From Eledone cirrhosa (Eukaryota), in contig OZ024745.1 in assembly GCA_964016885.1 (NCBI GenBank), positions 70,618,001-70,682,000 on the forward strand: a stretch of DNA of 64,000 nucleotides. Direction: 5' to 3'. Under the pieces are notes generated by a model. That model made no database searches. It was not told the DNA's origin and saw nothing but the letters and a program-made list of their open reading frames with translations. Shown here piece by piece: positions 50,466 through 63,451 of this stretch (its first letter is position 1; each line of letters begins with the position of its first letter). A program made the position numbers and the translations under genes.

Positions 50466-51584
50466 GTATGTATGTAGAGTCTACTTACAATTATCACAAA
50501 TGTTAGAAATTAATAATATATATATTTATATAATTTGTGAATTTTGTAAGAAAATGTATTGTTTTCGTTTTCCTTTTCTACAAATTGATGCATTTCTACC
50601 TTTTTATTGGTATTTGTGGAGGCACTTTGATTTAGGGGTTAAGGTGTTGGATTCGTGATTTTACACACGTAGGTTTAGTTATTGTGCTCTTGAGCAAAAT
50701 ACTTATTTCACTTCGCCTCCCTGCCAGGTGTTGCGACCAGTAGATTGTAGCGATTATTTATGATCCGATCTCACGATTGGCACTTTTAAGTTTTTTCATC
50801 ACATATTTAATATATTACATACATGCTAAAATAATATTAATATTTGTAATAAGTTTAGTATTTCAAACTCATGCCAAAGGTTTTATACTAATAGATTGAT
50901 CCACATTAATTTACTAGATTAAGAATACTTACCAAAACTACTCAAAATTTAGGAGATTAGAGAATTATTGAGAGCTCTGATGCATTGGCATATTAATTAA
51001 CTAAAATATCTTCCCTTTCTTTTTATATGTAATGAATCTTTTGTTTATATTTCAATATTTCAGAACTATAGATGGAGGCAACTTTCTCTAAAATGCATCA
51101 AAACATTATTTTATGTTTCTCTGTCTACAGAGGGAATACAGAAAAATGTATTAACACATCTTTCTTTTCATAGCGCGGCTTCTAATTTAAAAGCCTTAGT
51201 TGTATTTAGATTAAAATTATCCGTATATATAATACCAATATATAATAACGCCAGTTTGATAGGTATACAGGATAATTGACTTATATCCCATAATCAACAC
51301 ATAGTAACATCAATATTTGTATATCTTATAACTTAATATCCATATATCCTTATATATCACACTGCAACTATTATTTAATATTGCTATATATCGTCACCGA
51401 TAAATGGCATAATTTACAAGATAGATATTAAATCATGATAAGCTAACTGTAACTTAGTTTAATGACAATAACTAATGAGATAGCTATAGAAATATATCTA
51501 TTATAATGCAATACCAATTGTTGTGACTCATCCATGTGTACTTTTACACCAACACGTTTATCACATTGTAAGATATACCTATTG

Positions 51585-51832
51585 TACGAGGGTAATCCCA
51601 AAAGTAAGGTCTCTAAAGCAATGGGGACGCAGAGAAACTGTTCGTACGGTTGTTGGTAACACTGTTGTGATTGATGCTTCCTTCACTCCTAAACAAGCAT
51701 GCGCGCGCTTCGCTGGGATTCTCAATCTTGGCTTGGCAGCCGTTGAGAATGGAGCTCCCGTTGAACGCTACCGCCAAGTGCCAATTTCGCACAGTTATTA
51801 TATACGAGGGCAATTCCCAAAGTAAAGTCTCC
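51585..51832 (+). mobile_element. Mariner-type DNA transposon remnant: left TIR, 5' UTR, transposase N-terminus (MELPLNATAKCQFRTVI, ATG 51749), then a second same-orientation TIR
   Basis: TA|CGAGGGTAATCCCAAAAGTAAGGTCTC at 51587 and TA|CGAGGGCAATTCCCAAAGTAAAGTCTC at 51805; peptide resembles mariner C-x-x-R-x-V-I N-termini. Confidence 0.75.
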
Positions 51833-54349
51833 TTCCGAGGAAAACATGCGTAAAGATCGGATCACTCTGGATGCTCTCTGCATTTTGGTTCCTGAGGTTT
51901 CTCGAAGCACCATCCACAGGATTTTAACGGAAAAGTTGCAATATCGGAATATTCTCATAGGTCCCTGTATCCAACACTATACTGTTTCTCTCGCTATATA
52001 GTTTCAGTTCTCCCATATATATGTATACTTGAGGGCTCCAGGGAACGCCTAGAGCGTTGTGTGCATTCAAGTAGGGTTACTATGTACAATACGTAATCCA
52101 GTCAACTCTACATACAACAATTTGTTCGTTTCGATATTGAATAACATATTTTGATTAATCAAATATATCAGATACTGGTTTTGCAGCGATATGTTGATCA
52201 AGAGCTTTTTCATTGTTATTGTTTCCTCTTTTAAGTATTTAAAGATGTTTTGTGTCAGACGAATGCAATGGACAATAGAGACTTATTTCGAAATGTCTCG
52301 TCGGCTATATAATAACATTTGATAACTTAATTCTTTTACGTCTATCCTATATACTTATAGCGCAGGGTGGTAGTGATAATTTCCGTTGAATCCGTCATAG
52401 TACTGCATTATGGCGAGTCACATTTAAGTTTGGTGGAGCCAATTCAGAAGGTATGCATGCACCATACTGATTGGTGTTTGCCATCTTGTTGTACCAATGT
52501 ATAGATTGTCTCCTATGATGGCAATGGTTCTCGGTCAGTTTCCATGATGAGCTAAAAGCTGTGCAATCAACTCATGAATCAACATGTAAATGTTTGAGTA
52601 TTCCACATGTACATGTTCCGTTAGCGTATTTCCAGAGCTTCCTTAGCGTGACACATGTAAAAAGGCTGGGCATTTTTAAGTTATTGATATTCCATAGTTA
52701 CAGTCTACGCAATATCATTCTCAAGGATTGTGATTCAGTACCAGTTGTGAAATAGGTTACCGTCTTATGTAATGAGTATAACATGAAAATGAATATTTTG
52801 AAACTAAATGTTTGGAATCATTGTTTAGGTCTGTCACCTAGTTTTGCCTAAATATATATTGCAATTATATTTATTGATAGTTATCAAATAACTTCTGTAA
52901 TTATCTTGATAATTCGATGGAAAACCAAATTTACCACGCCTTGAACTAATTCATAAGGTACTTATAGTAATTTGTCAAAATAATTGCATACATTTCGCCA
53001 ACTGCTGTAAAATATTAATTGCAATGTACCATTTAAGTTAGAGTGATTATTGCTAGAATTACAAGTATTCTTTCAATAATGATATTGATGTCTAACATAT
53101 GCACCATTACTAAAATTTGGGGGATACGTATTATCGACCAAAGTGACCCCAATAACTGAATGGTAAATTTATCAACCCTTTAATCGTGTTGAAAATGGTT
53201 TCTTTAATTATAATAGGGATTTTTCAGTATTCAAATATAAATTATTTGTAGTATTTCAAACATAGATCTGTGGTCTTATGCTTTTCTTTCTAAGAATCAA
53301 TAATAATAAGTATATTATTCACACGATCTTAATTCAAAATTTATTAATAAATAACGTTGGCTGCGCAATACATACATACATCAGCAATAAGTGAAACGAA
53401 AATATTTTGCAGCACATTTATCTATTTACAAAAGTCTGATCTTAAACTGTATATATTTCTACAAATATTAGTAATTAGTAATATCATTAACAGCAATTAC
53501 CTTCTGATGATGTACTCCCTCTCGGTAAACATTAGTAACATTATTTCGTGATTAGTAATTCAATCAAAGACTCGAGACCTAATAATTGAATTACATAATT
53601 AAGTAAATATTATTCAAAATATCAGCCACACTGAAGGAAACATTTCCTAACATTTACAGTTTGACATTAAGCAAACGTTTCTAAGCAATTAACGGTGTAA
53701 AATGAGTGCGATTCTGGGAGTTTATATTTTAACTAGCTTGAAACGAACGTTGAAATAACTTTGATAGAATGTTAGCTACCTTGGTAAATCGTGGAACAGG
53801 AATTTGGCTTAAATCTAACTACAAAGCATATGTGATAAATCATTTCGTAAAGTTGTTCTCTTGGTTTTGGTTAGATTATTTTGTTCTTTGACAAACAACA
53901 GAATTGTACTTGTTTGGTAAGTGATTCGATCTGAGACCGTGTGTTGAAACTGAAGCAACTGCACTGCGAATGCGGCATTTTAACCATTTAAAAACACAAA
54001 ATCTGTTAAATTCACTTTACAATTATCATTTATTTCTTACAGTGTAACTGTGTTAATAGCGAAATCACAAACAGGGTGATGAGGATTCTGACATCAAGAA
54101 ATAAATGATAAATCTAAAATGACTTCAACAGTTTTTGTGTTTTTATTTATTTCATATTTATGTGAATGACTAAACTGATTCTTCCTCGATTTAAATGGAA
54201 AAATACATTTCTTCTTTTGATACTTGTTAATATCAAAGCTTTGGTTGTTCCTGTGTGGGAGTTCCAGAAAAAGTAGATCATAGCTTCATGATTATCTCAA
54301 TTTAACAATGACATTGAGACACGTTGTGTTCTTGTATCTTGGATTGTAG

Positions 54350-54448
54350 TTTTCCTCCGACAAATCAGGATGATGATATCACGCCTGTGGAAAGTCCTCG
54401 GAGAGGTGGAATGGCTGATGAAGCGGTTATCGCGAACTGTACTCTCCG
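54350..54448 (+). CDS. Candidate internal exon, phase 2/phase 2 (xFPPTNQDDDITPVESPRRGGMADEAVIANCTL)
   Basis: Pyrimidine-rich acceptor ...tgtag| at 54349, open in the phase left by both upstream exons, GC-richer than flanks; donor CG|GTCATG is weak so the 3' end is uncertain. Confidence 0.45.
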
Positions 54449-55597
54449 GTCATGCTTTTGTTATCTTTCCGTTAAGCAGGGCTATGAGAGGCATTGCATC
54501 CATGTTAGTTTTACGCCTGTATATTAAAATTAAAATATTATATATCTCGTTTAGAAAGAGAATACGTTGCTGTTGTCAACATACACTAATAGAAACAAAG
54601 AAGGGACGTACTTGTAGATATTACTTTTTCATTATAGAAATACTCCCTACAACATAACTTTACATTAGTGCTCCTTTTATTGTATGATTGTAAATACAGT
54701 AGTTTGAGTTATGAGATAATATTTGAACGATGATTTATCACCTACGCTTACAATTTTACTCTTACTTCACATATTCCCGCTGAGAAAATTAGGTTTGGAC
54801 TTTTTTCTGTTTCTTTTTCTTTTTTTAATTACCGATTGCCGAAAATTACCTCGGTCATTATTATATATAACATTCCATTTTATTCTTCAAAATTTTTATT
54901 GAAATATATGCTTGGGGAATAATAAATGATACGTCAAATCTAAAATTAATTATAGCCACTCTGCTTCACAAACCCTTGCTATTTTGCGAAAATAAAAAAA
55001 AACCTTCTTAGTGCCAAGTGAAAATATTTTATTGATATTCATTATTACTGACACCACAAAATAATGTTTTTTCTCGTTCTCTTTAAAGCCATTTTTTTTT
55101 AGTTAATATAGATACCCTCTGCGGATTCTTAAGAATTTCAATTACGTTTTGCTCTCCGAGGTATATATGTGCAGACTATTGAATGTACATTATACACAAT
55201 GTGTTTTGTGTTTTTACAACGATATGTGTGTAGAAGTAGAATAAGATCTACAATAATAGATAAATAGACGGAATGAAATTATAAGCAGATGCTGGAAGAT
55301 TAATGAAGGCATATTTTTTCCTCATTTCATCAATCACATATTTTTTTATATAATCAATAACATCTAGAGTGGTATTTTCTCATTTATCCTTTTATATCAT
55401 TCAATAAAAAATATTAGAGAGTGATGAACTCAAACCGATGAAATGCAGATGGTTTATTGATCGTCTATATCATTACACCAATATTCCTGTATAAGTATGT
55501 GATCCACTAGCATTTACAACTTCGTCTCCATATATTATATATAGATAAATACATAAAAGGGTTAAAACCTGAAATTTCTGTTCCTCATTCATTATTA

Positions 55598-55850
55598 TTA
55601 TTTCTCTGAGGAACTGGAATCATATGATTCCAGTTCCTCGGAGAAATAACAACACAACCAGGAGCTGGACATATCGATGTATTGACGGAGTAAAACACAC
55701 TTCAACGACATGTGTACTGTCTTTCTCACACCAATTCGGACTGCCTGAAGAGGTCACAGCCAATGATGGCTGTCACCGAAATATATATAGCAGTATATCT
55801 ATAATGTATAATAAACGAAGCCAAATTTTAGATATTTGACTTAATTATTT
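55598..55850 (+). mobile_element. Hammerhead-bearing PLE-type fragment with a 5' snap-back palindrome (55598-55649), ending in (TA)n
   Basis: ttatttctctgaggaactggaatcat|atgattccagttcctcggagaaataa, 26-bp arms, no loop, one mismatch. Confidence 0.75.
55740..55794 (+). ncRNA. Type I hammerhead ribozyme with intact core, predicted cleavage after 55789
   Basis: actgc-CTGAAGA-ggt.c.acagcca(atga)tggctgt.c.acc-GAAA-t(atat)a-TA^gcagt; perfect 5-bp stem I, long stem II, 2-bp stem III with palindromic loop. Confidence 0.88.
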
Positions 55851-55915
<65 letters not shown>

Positions 55916-56031
55916 TAAGAAAAAAAGATGAAATCGAAAATGCAACTGGAGTCTTATTTATTTAAAATTTCATCTTTTCTTTCTTTATACTTTCACCTCG
56001 GTTATTTTTCATTTTGTAAAAAAAACCTCAC

Positions 56032-56469
<438 letters not shown>

Positions 56470-56711
56470 TTGCGAGGTTTTTTATATGAAATCGTGTGTC
56501 GAAACAAATATTGTTATACTTGGGGAGGGTCATATTTGTGTAATATTGCCAGAATTAATAACAGAACACACTCACTGTTTGGTTGGTTTTTGCTTCTCGC
56601 TGTCTTTTATATCGGTAATCTAACTTACTCGGTCCTCAATGTTGCCATTGACTGACCGACGGTCAAAAATAATACAGATACAATATAGACACAAACACAT
56701 ATATATAGTTT

Positions 56712-56753
56712 ATCATAAATCTTTCGTTGCACATCTGCAACATCGTCAGTGGT
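56712..56753 (-). ncRNA. Minimal type I hammerhead ribozyme in the PLE pLTR
   Basis: acca-CTGACGA-t-gttgca(gatg)tgcaac-GAAA-g(at)t-TA-tgat; one mismatch in stem I. Confidence 0.75.
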
Positions 56754-56985
56754 GTTATATTTTCCTCCTGTTGTGTTGTATGTCTACGCCATTTTTATTC
56801 AGTCTGTCTATATATTTATTTATTTATTTGCTTGTTTGTTTATTTTATTTTGTCTTCTTTGCGCATGCGTTTGCGTGTGTGTATAGTGTTTTGTTTGCTG
56901 TGTGATGGGTGACTAATGTGTGTTTATGTGCTTGTTATTGTTGTGCTTGTGTATGTATTTATTTATTTATTTTATTTACTTATTT

Positions 56986-57952
56986 ATACTTCTCTTAGGT
57001 CAGTGTTGTTTGTTTGGGTGTTGTTGTTATTCCATTTATTCTTTCTGTTTAGCCTTGGTCTTCAAATTTCTATTTCACTGGCCTCTCTGATTTGCCTATC
57101 TGCTGGGTCATTTCTATGTTTAGATATTATTCTAATTTCTATGTTGTCTATGTTACCGTCATGTTGTTGTCTAGCATGTTCGTATAGTACTGACCCGTTT
57201 TTTCGTCCTTTTAGTTCCCCCCAGTGTTGGTCTATCCTTTCACCTATGCTACGAGCTGTCTCACCTATGTATGTTGTTGTCATATTTCTGCAAGTACCCT
57301 CTGTAAATCTTATGCTATAGACTACATTTCTAGTTTTACAGTTTATCCGGTGGTTCACCTTACATATGATACATTTCCTATTGGTACAGTGGGTTTTCTT
57401 AAAAGGGTAGGTTTTGCTGATCAGGGATTTTATGGTGGTTCCTGGATTTTCTACCACCTTTATTTTTAAGTGGGTCTTTCTCAGGGCCTTTCTACACTGG
57501 TTAGCTAATTTCCCTCCAGGGGTGGCGTCCACAAACATGACACTCTGGTATCTCTGGTTGTCGTACCATGAGGTGGCTTTCCCTATCTTATGTCTAGCCC
57601 TATCTAAGCTATTCCATGATTTGCTCCTGTATAATGGGCAAATTCCTTTCATGTCCAGTTCTATGAGGGTCTTATACTTTTCCATGGCTCCTTCGTATAC
57701 TCTGACTCTGTCTCTTTGGTTGTAGCCAGAGAACTGCATGCGGTTGATGAAGTGTTGGATGTGTCTTTCCATTTCTGTTGGGTCGCACATGCGGGACACA
57801 TTCTTCATCACTCGTACCAAATCTGCGATCAGAATATTAAACTTAGCACTTCTGGACATTGCTGAGTTTTTGCGTATCAGGTATTTGGAGGCCATGGGTT
57901 TAGCATAGTGTGACTGGAGAATTTGGGCTCTCTCGTCTATAGTGTTAATCCA
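56986..57952 (-). pseudogene. PLE ORF remnant: RT C-terminus/thumb (HYAKPMAS...SAMS), CxxxxCxxC linker, GIY-YIG endonuclease (NVVYSI...YIGETARSIGERIDQH...LYEHARQQH...RQIREA...PRLNRK)
   Basis: ORF-track 57062..57895; frame continues upstream (WINTIDERAQILQSHYAKP) and past an in-frame TGA at 57062-57064 (RPRLNRKNKW). Confidence 0.9.
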
Positions 57953-58286
57953 AACACCCTAACAATAGACTACCTGTATTAGACACAGAACTCTGGATTA
58001 ACACTATAGACGAGAGAGCCCAAATTCTCCACTAACACTATGCTAAACCCATGGCCTCCAAATACTTTAAGAAATCGATAATAATTGTAGACTATACTTC
58101 CACCGAAAAAATTCTGTTATTTCCCCTTATCGATTATTCCTGCTAACAATATTACCAGTACATTTTCAATCAAAATATATACGAAAACATACATTTCTAC
58201 ATGTGATTGCACCTATTAACCTGCATACACAGACACACACACACACCCGTATATTATATTATATTATATTACATTATATTATTAAA

Positions 58287-58960
58287 GGGCGGTGGATTGG
58301 CAGTATCGGTAGTGGGTCGGACGTCATGCTTTGACGCATAGAATTACGGCCCTTTCCATTCTGAGTTCAAATCCCGCCGAGGTCAACTTTGCCTTTCATC
58401 CTTACGGGGTCGATAAAATAAAGTACCAGTAATGTACTGGGTAATTGCTGGCCTTGTGCCAAAAGTAGAAACAATTATTGCTTTCCAGCATAGTTACGTC
58501 CCTTTACGATCTGAGTTCAAATCCCGCCGAGGTTGACTTTGCCTTTCACCCTTACGGGATCGATAAAATAAAGTACCAGTAATGTACTGGGTAATTGCTG
58601 GCCTTGTGCCTAAAGTAGAAACAATTATATTATATTATATTACATTATATTATATTAAATCATTTCATATTATATCATATTATAATATATTATATTATAT
58701 ATAGATAGATAGGCACATACGTACATATACCTTGACAGATATATATGGGAACTAACATACATCATTGGATGGGCAGTATCGGTAGAACGTCGAGCAATAT
58801 GCATCGTGGCATAGAGCTATGGCTCTTTGTGCTCTGAGTTCAAATCCCACCGACGTTAGCTTTGTTTTTCATCCTTACATGGTCGATAAATTAAAGCACG
58901 ATTTAATCACTTTCCCCTCCCCTGGAAATTGCTGGCCTTGAGCCGAAATCAGAAACCATT
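58287..58960 (+). mobile_element. SINE cluster: full copy 58287-58477, truncated tandem copy 58480-58627, older copy 58765-58960
   Basis: Family A motifs; the first two sit in a (TATAT)n tract. Confidence 0.9.
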
Positions 58961-59515
58961 ATTATTATATTTGGATTTTACGTTGTGTATGTCGAGCTGA
59001 CACTAAGTCTCAATGAGAGACGTCAAGAGACAGCATGTTGTAAGTTCAACTTGACAGAATGAATAGGATCGTTGATAGCAGCCATGTTCTGAAGGAAGAA
59101 TGTAGTTCAATGATAGAGATTTGTTTTTTTATTGTGTGCCCTGGGTTCGTAAGAAGTTTTGTCTTAGATATTGTCTGTGAAAAGAAGAAAATTAAACGTT
59201 TGTTTAACAGTAGTTGTTTGGTGTTACAATGATAATATGACAGTGACAAAAAAATTGTTTTAGGGTTACTAAAACAGTATGTGTCTTAACATATGAACAA
59301 TCCCCACAAGTACTATTTTCACTCACATGTATATATATATATATAAAACAAAGCAAAGTTTCAAATTGCGCACTTTATAGATTATACACAGTTATGACTC
59401 TTTCACAGATGGGTGGCTCAGGGTCTATGCAAATGATATAGACTTTTATTTTTAATATATATACTCCGCCTTAACATAGATTGCCGACTTTCGTACGTCC
59501 CTCAGTAAACCACGA

Positions 59516-59550
<35 letters not shown>

Positions 59551-61328
59551 GTATTTCAAAATCCAGTTTATTACACTTGCATAAGCTTCTCATAAGTTTT
59601 ATTTTTGTTTTCCTCACTACTCATTTAAGAAGAAAAATATATAGAACTTATGAAGTAAATGTGCGCCAAGCTTGTAATGTTGAATCTCATTATTTTACAA
59701 ATTACTCGAACATTTCCTCTTTCTCTAAATTAAGCAAGAGCGGGGGTGTAATACCCCTGACATTTGCAGTCTTAGTCCTACCTCCTATGGTGAAACTGAT
59801 GCGATTGATGTTCAGCTTGAGATGTATTAAGTCAATATTTTCTAAAATTGTACGTGAGTGCTGGATTCCAATGCTCTGCAGTTCTGAGGATAAAATACTG
59901 AGTCCAAGTACTTTGGTTTGGAAATTGGTAGATGCGAGATAATGACGCTGACGGGAGAGAGAACATTAGAATACCTTCGGTGCCGTTTGTTAATTCAGTT
60001 GATCAGGAGCAAAGTGAGGAAATAGCAGGGTCCTCGTTCTTAGTTTCACTATATCGGTTATGTTTTCTATTACAATATAATTGTCACTTATGTCAAACAT
60101 TTAGGGATAGTAATAGAATCACTGTTCTAATTAGATTAGTGTTAAAATATTTAATGTAGAGAGCATTTCACAACTAACAAGAATCTGCTGGCTTTTGTTT
60201 TTATTATTCCTCTACTGGTTACGTTGACTACTAGCTTAGCTATTATTTTCTATGAGGTTGGAGACACAGATATAATTGTTCAAATTATTTGAGCAAAATA
60301 AATTCCATGGTTTTATAGTCATTCTATTTAAATCAAGATTTCCACCAACAAAAGCTAGAAGAAATTCTTCTAATGATTTCAATGGTGTTTCGTTTCATAT
60401 GTAAATATAGGAGAAGGATGTGGAAGAAAGGCGGCGTTAAGATGTGGCAAAAATCATCAATTGAGTTACCGTCTCTTTAACTATCGTCATCACTATTTTC
60501 GTTTATTCAGGAAGTGATTAATATTGAAACGATGATGTGCATCAGGAAGTGGGAAATGGTGGTGAGGGTATTAGTGGTCGTTGTAACGGTGTTGGTGATG
60601 ATGGTAAACATCAACTGAGACTATTCTCTAATCCTGCCACTTATTGGACATTCCCAAATGCTTTTAGCGGATTACACAAGTGATCTATATGAAGATTAGC
60701 TCGGGAAGATGTTATAATTGCCAGACGTGTCTAGTTTCAATCAATTTGCCAAAACATCAACTCTCAGCCCTCCTTTTCGTCATCTTTCTCTCGACCTCAA
60801 CCTCCCTCCTTATTTTTTGTCTTTCTCATTCTTCATGTCATTTTTCCTTCTCTTCTTTCTTTCTCTATTTCTCACTTTCACTGTTTTAAAGCTATATTGT
60901 GAGCAATACTTCCTAAGAGTGGTAGAGTTTGCTATTTCGTTTGACCTCATCAAACTGGCAAATATATTGCGCTATATATGTCATTTATAAGTAACAACCG
61001 AGAATTTAATCAGTTTAAAAGTCTGAATCCACCGCCAGACAAACCAAAAATTATTCAGACTATGTAAAAATAAGAAAAAGTGTTTGATATCGACAGAAAG
61101 TTCAACTTAAGACAAGTAGAAAAGTTAAGATTCTAAAACAAATATAGAACTACATGTTAACGTTCTCCACATTATCTTCCATGGTATTGACGTCCAACAT
61201 ATTGACGTCAAAAACACAGATGTCGACATGTTGCCGCCCCAAACACTAACGTTTAAAACATAGTCGGCCAATAATTTGTCGTCCAGTACATTGTGTTATT
61301 TTATTATTTCATGTCTATACATTTTCCG

Positions 61329-61410
<82 letters not shown>

Positions 61411-61411
61411 G

Positions 61412-61461
<50 letters not shown>

Positions 61462-62017
61462 TGTAAAAAAGAAGTGTGACGGCATCACGTATTCACCCTC
61501 CTTTTATTACATGATGTAATAAACAGAGGACGTATACGTGATACTGTCTCTCTCTTATTTTTTATGATATGCAATTATATTATAAAGAGTCGGGACCCGA
61601 TACATATATGTCAGATGGGTGGTGGGGAAACAACAGCTTAAGACCACCAGCTGATTTATGATATAAAAACTAACATCATCAATATTTATATAAGTGAGAA
61701 CTGTCTAAAGAAAGAGAACATCAGATGATTCTATAATAGATATCGGAATATTTATAATAGTGATTACATAATGAACATAATGGGGTGAAATTCGAGTCCA
61801 CTGCCATCGTTACTATACATATAATATATATATATATACATTCACATATATATGCACACACGCACAAACATATATATATATACACTCACACATATATATA
61901 TATTTATATATATTGTTAAAAGTAAGGGTATATTTTTATTATATCGCACACGGGTAACAATAAAAATACTTGTAAAACGTAATTGGTGTCTTTAAGACTT
62001 CCCTATATATATATGTC

Positions 62018-62148
<131 letters not shown>

Positions 62149-62190
62149 TTATTCATACATATATGAATATATATATATATATATATATAT

Positions 62191-62397
62191 ATAGGAAAAA
62201 GTTTAAGACCCCGACGGCAGAACTCAAGCCGTTTCGACGGCTATTTCTGGACTCGAAGTCCAGAAACAGCCTTCGAAACGGCTTGAGCACTGCCGTCGAG
62301 GTCTTGAACTTTTTCCTATGACCCACTATACTACCCTATGTATTGAGTACTCTGGTGCGTTATGGTCCATCTGGTTCCGTACCACACTTCTTCATTA
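62191..62397. mobile_element. Fold-back family X, copy 4 (opposite orientation)
   Basis: ~63-bp arms centred on tctggactcgaagtccaga, (TA)n on both sides. Confidence 0.85.
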
Positions 62398-62513
62398 TAT
62401 ATATATATATATATATATGAGTTATTCTATTGAACGAAATAATTACTCGACTTATTCTACATTTCAACAATTAAACCTTTATTCATTTTTATTTATGTTT
62501 TTTGTCTTGCAAG

Positions 62514-62555
62514 TCAGCCAATTTTCTTCTCATACATTTTATTCGATTACTTCAG
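62514..62555 (+). CDS. Weak candidate 42-nt symmetric phase-2 micro-exon (xQPIFFSYILFDYF)
   Basis: Long T-rich tract + aag| acceptor, strong AG|GTAAAT donor, open in phase 2; could be chance. Confidence 0.2.
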
Positions 62556-63409
62556 GTAAATTGTATATTTCTCAGTTTCGATATAATTCTCCTTTTTCTA
62601 GAATGATGTAGTCTGGTACTCTAAGTGTTATTTGGCATTGTTTTCCTTGGCACTAACGCTCTTTGCTTTGGTTTATTTTTTATCTTTAAAATTACTTTGC
62701 GTAAATCTCATTACATATCAAAGAATTCTATAACAGAGCAGTAAAAAAACATGGTAAATAACTTAACGTAAGTCACTGGAATAAAGAAAATTGAATATCA
62801 AGAATCATGGGAAACTATTATTTCCTAGTAACTATTTCTAAAATCAACAGTAAAGATACTAATTCTCTATTTGTAAATGTCTCTGAAAGAGATACAACCG
62901 ATTCAGTAAATGTTATGCTTTATTCCATGAAATCGTACCTTCATATAATAACATATGTGTGCATACTACAAGTCCTTCTCAAATGTTGATCCAAATAATT
63001 TTAAATGTTCTTTGTCGCAAATATTGACCTCCTTAAGTCTTCCTCTTTTATCATTTTTTTTTTATTTACTTTCAAATTTAAAACTTTTTCTTTTTTATTT
63101 ATTGTTTTTTGTTTTTTTTTACATTATTCATTATTTTATTCATTCGGTTCGATTGTTTTTATTCTATATGCAATATCGATTACATTCAGTTGTTAATTTT
63201 ATCATGAATTCTTTGTTTTGCCTTTCATAATCTCTTGAATGTGGACAATGCATTTTCTTGCCTTATGTATTGAATTGTTACTTCAATTTTTTTTTATATT
63301 TGTATGGTGTGTGTATGTGCGTTTCTTAGAGTATGTGCACACACACACACACATAGACATATATATGTGTGTGAGATAGAGAGAGAGAAAGAGAGAGAGA
63401 GATAGAGAG

Positions 63410-63451
<42 letters not shown>

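Noticed and set aside
54413-54445. Hammerhead-like CTGATGA-agcg..cgc-GAAC
   Set aside because: Lacks the full GAAA and stem I; lies inside a plausible coding exon
59700-60060. Frameshifted - strand reading (..GILMFSLPS../..YLASTNFQTKVLG..), and a similar stretch at 49630-50090
   Set aside because: May be decayed TE coding sequence, but no motif I can identify and no splice support
61180-61295. Degenerate ~15-bp periodic repeat (attgacgtc..) considered as CRISPR-like or transposon subterminal repeats
   Set aside because: Eukaryotic context, no spacers, too degenerate to assign
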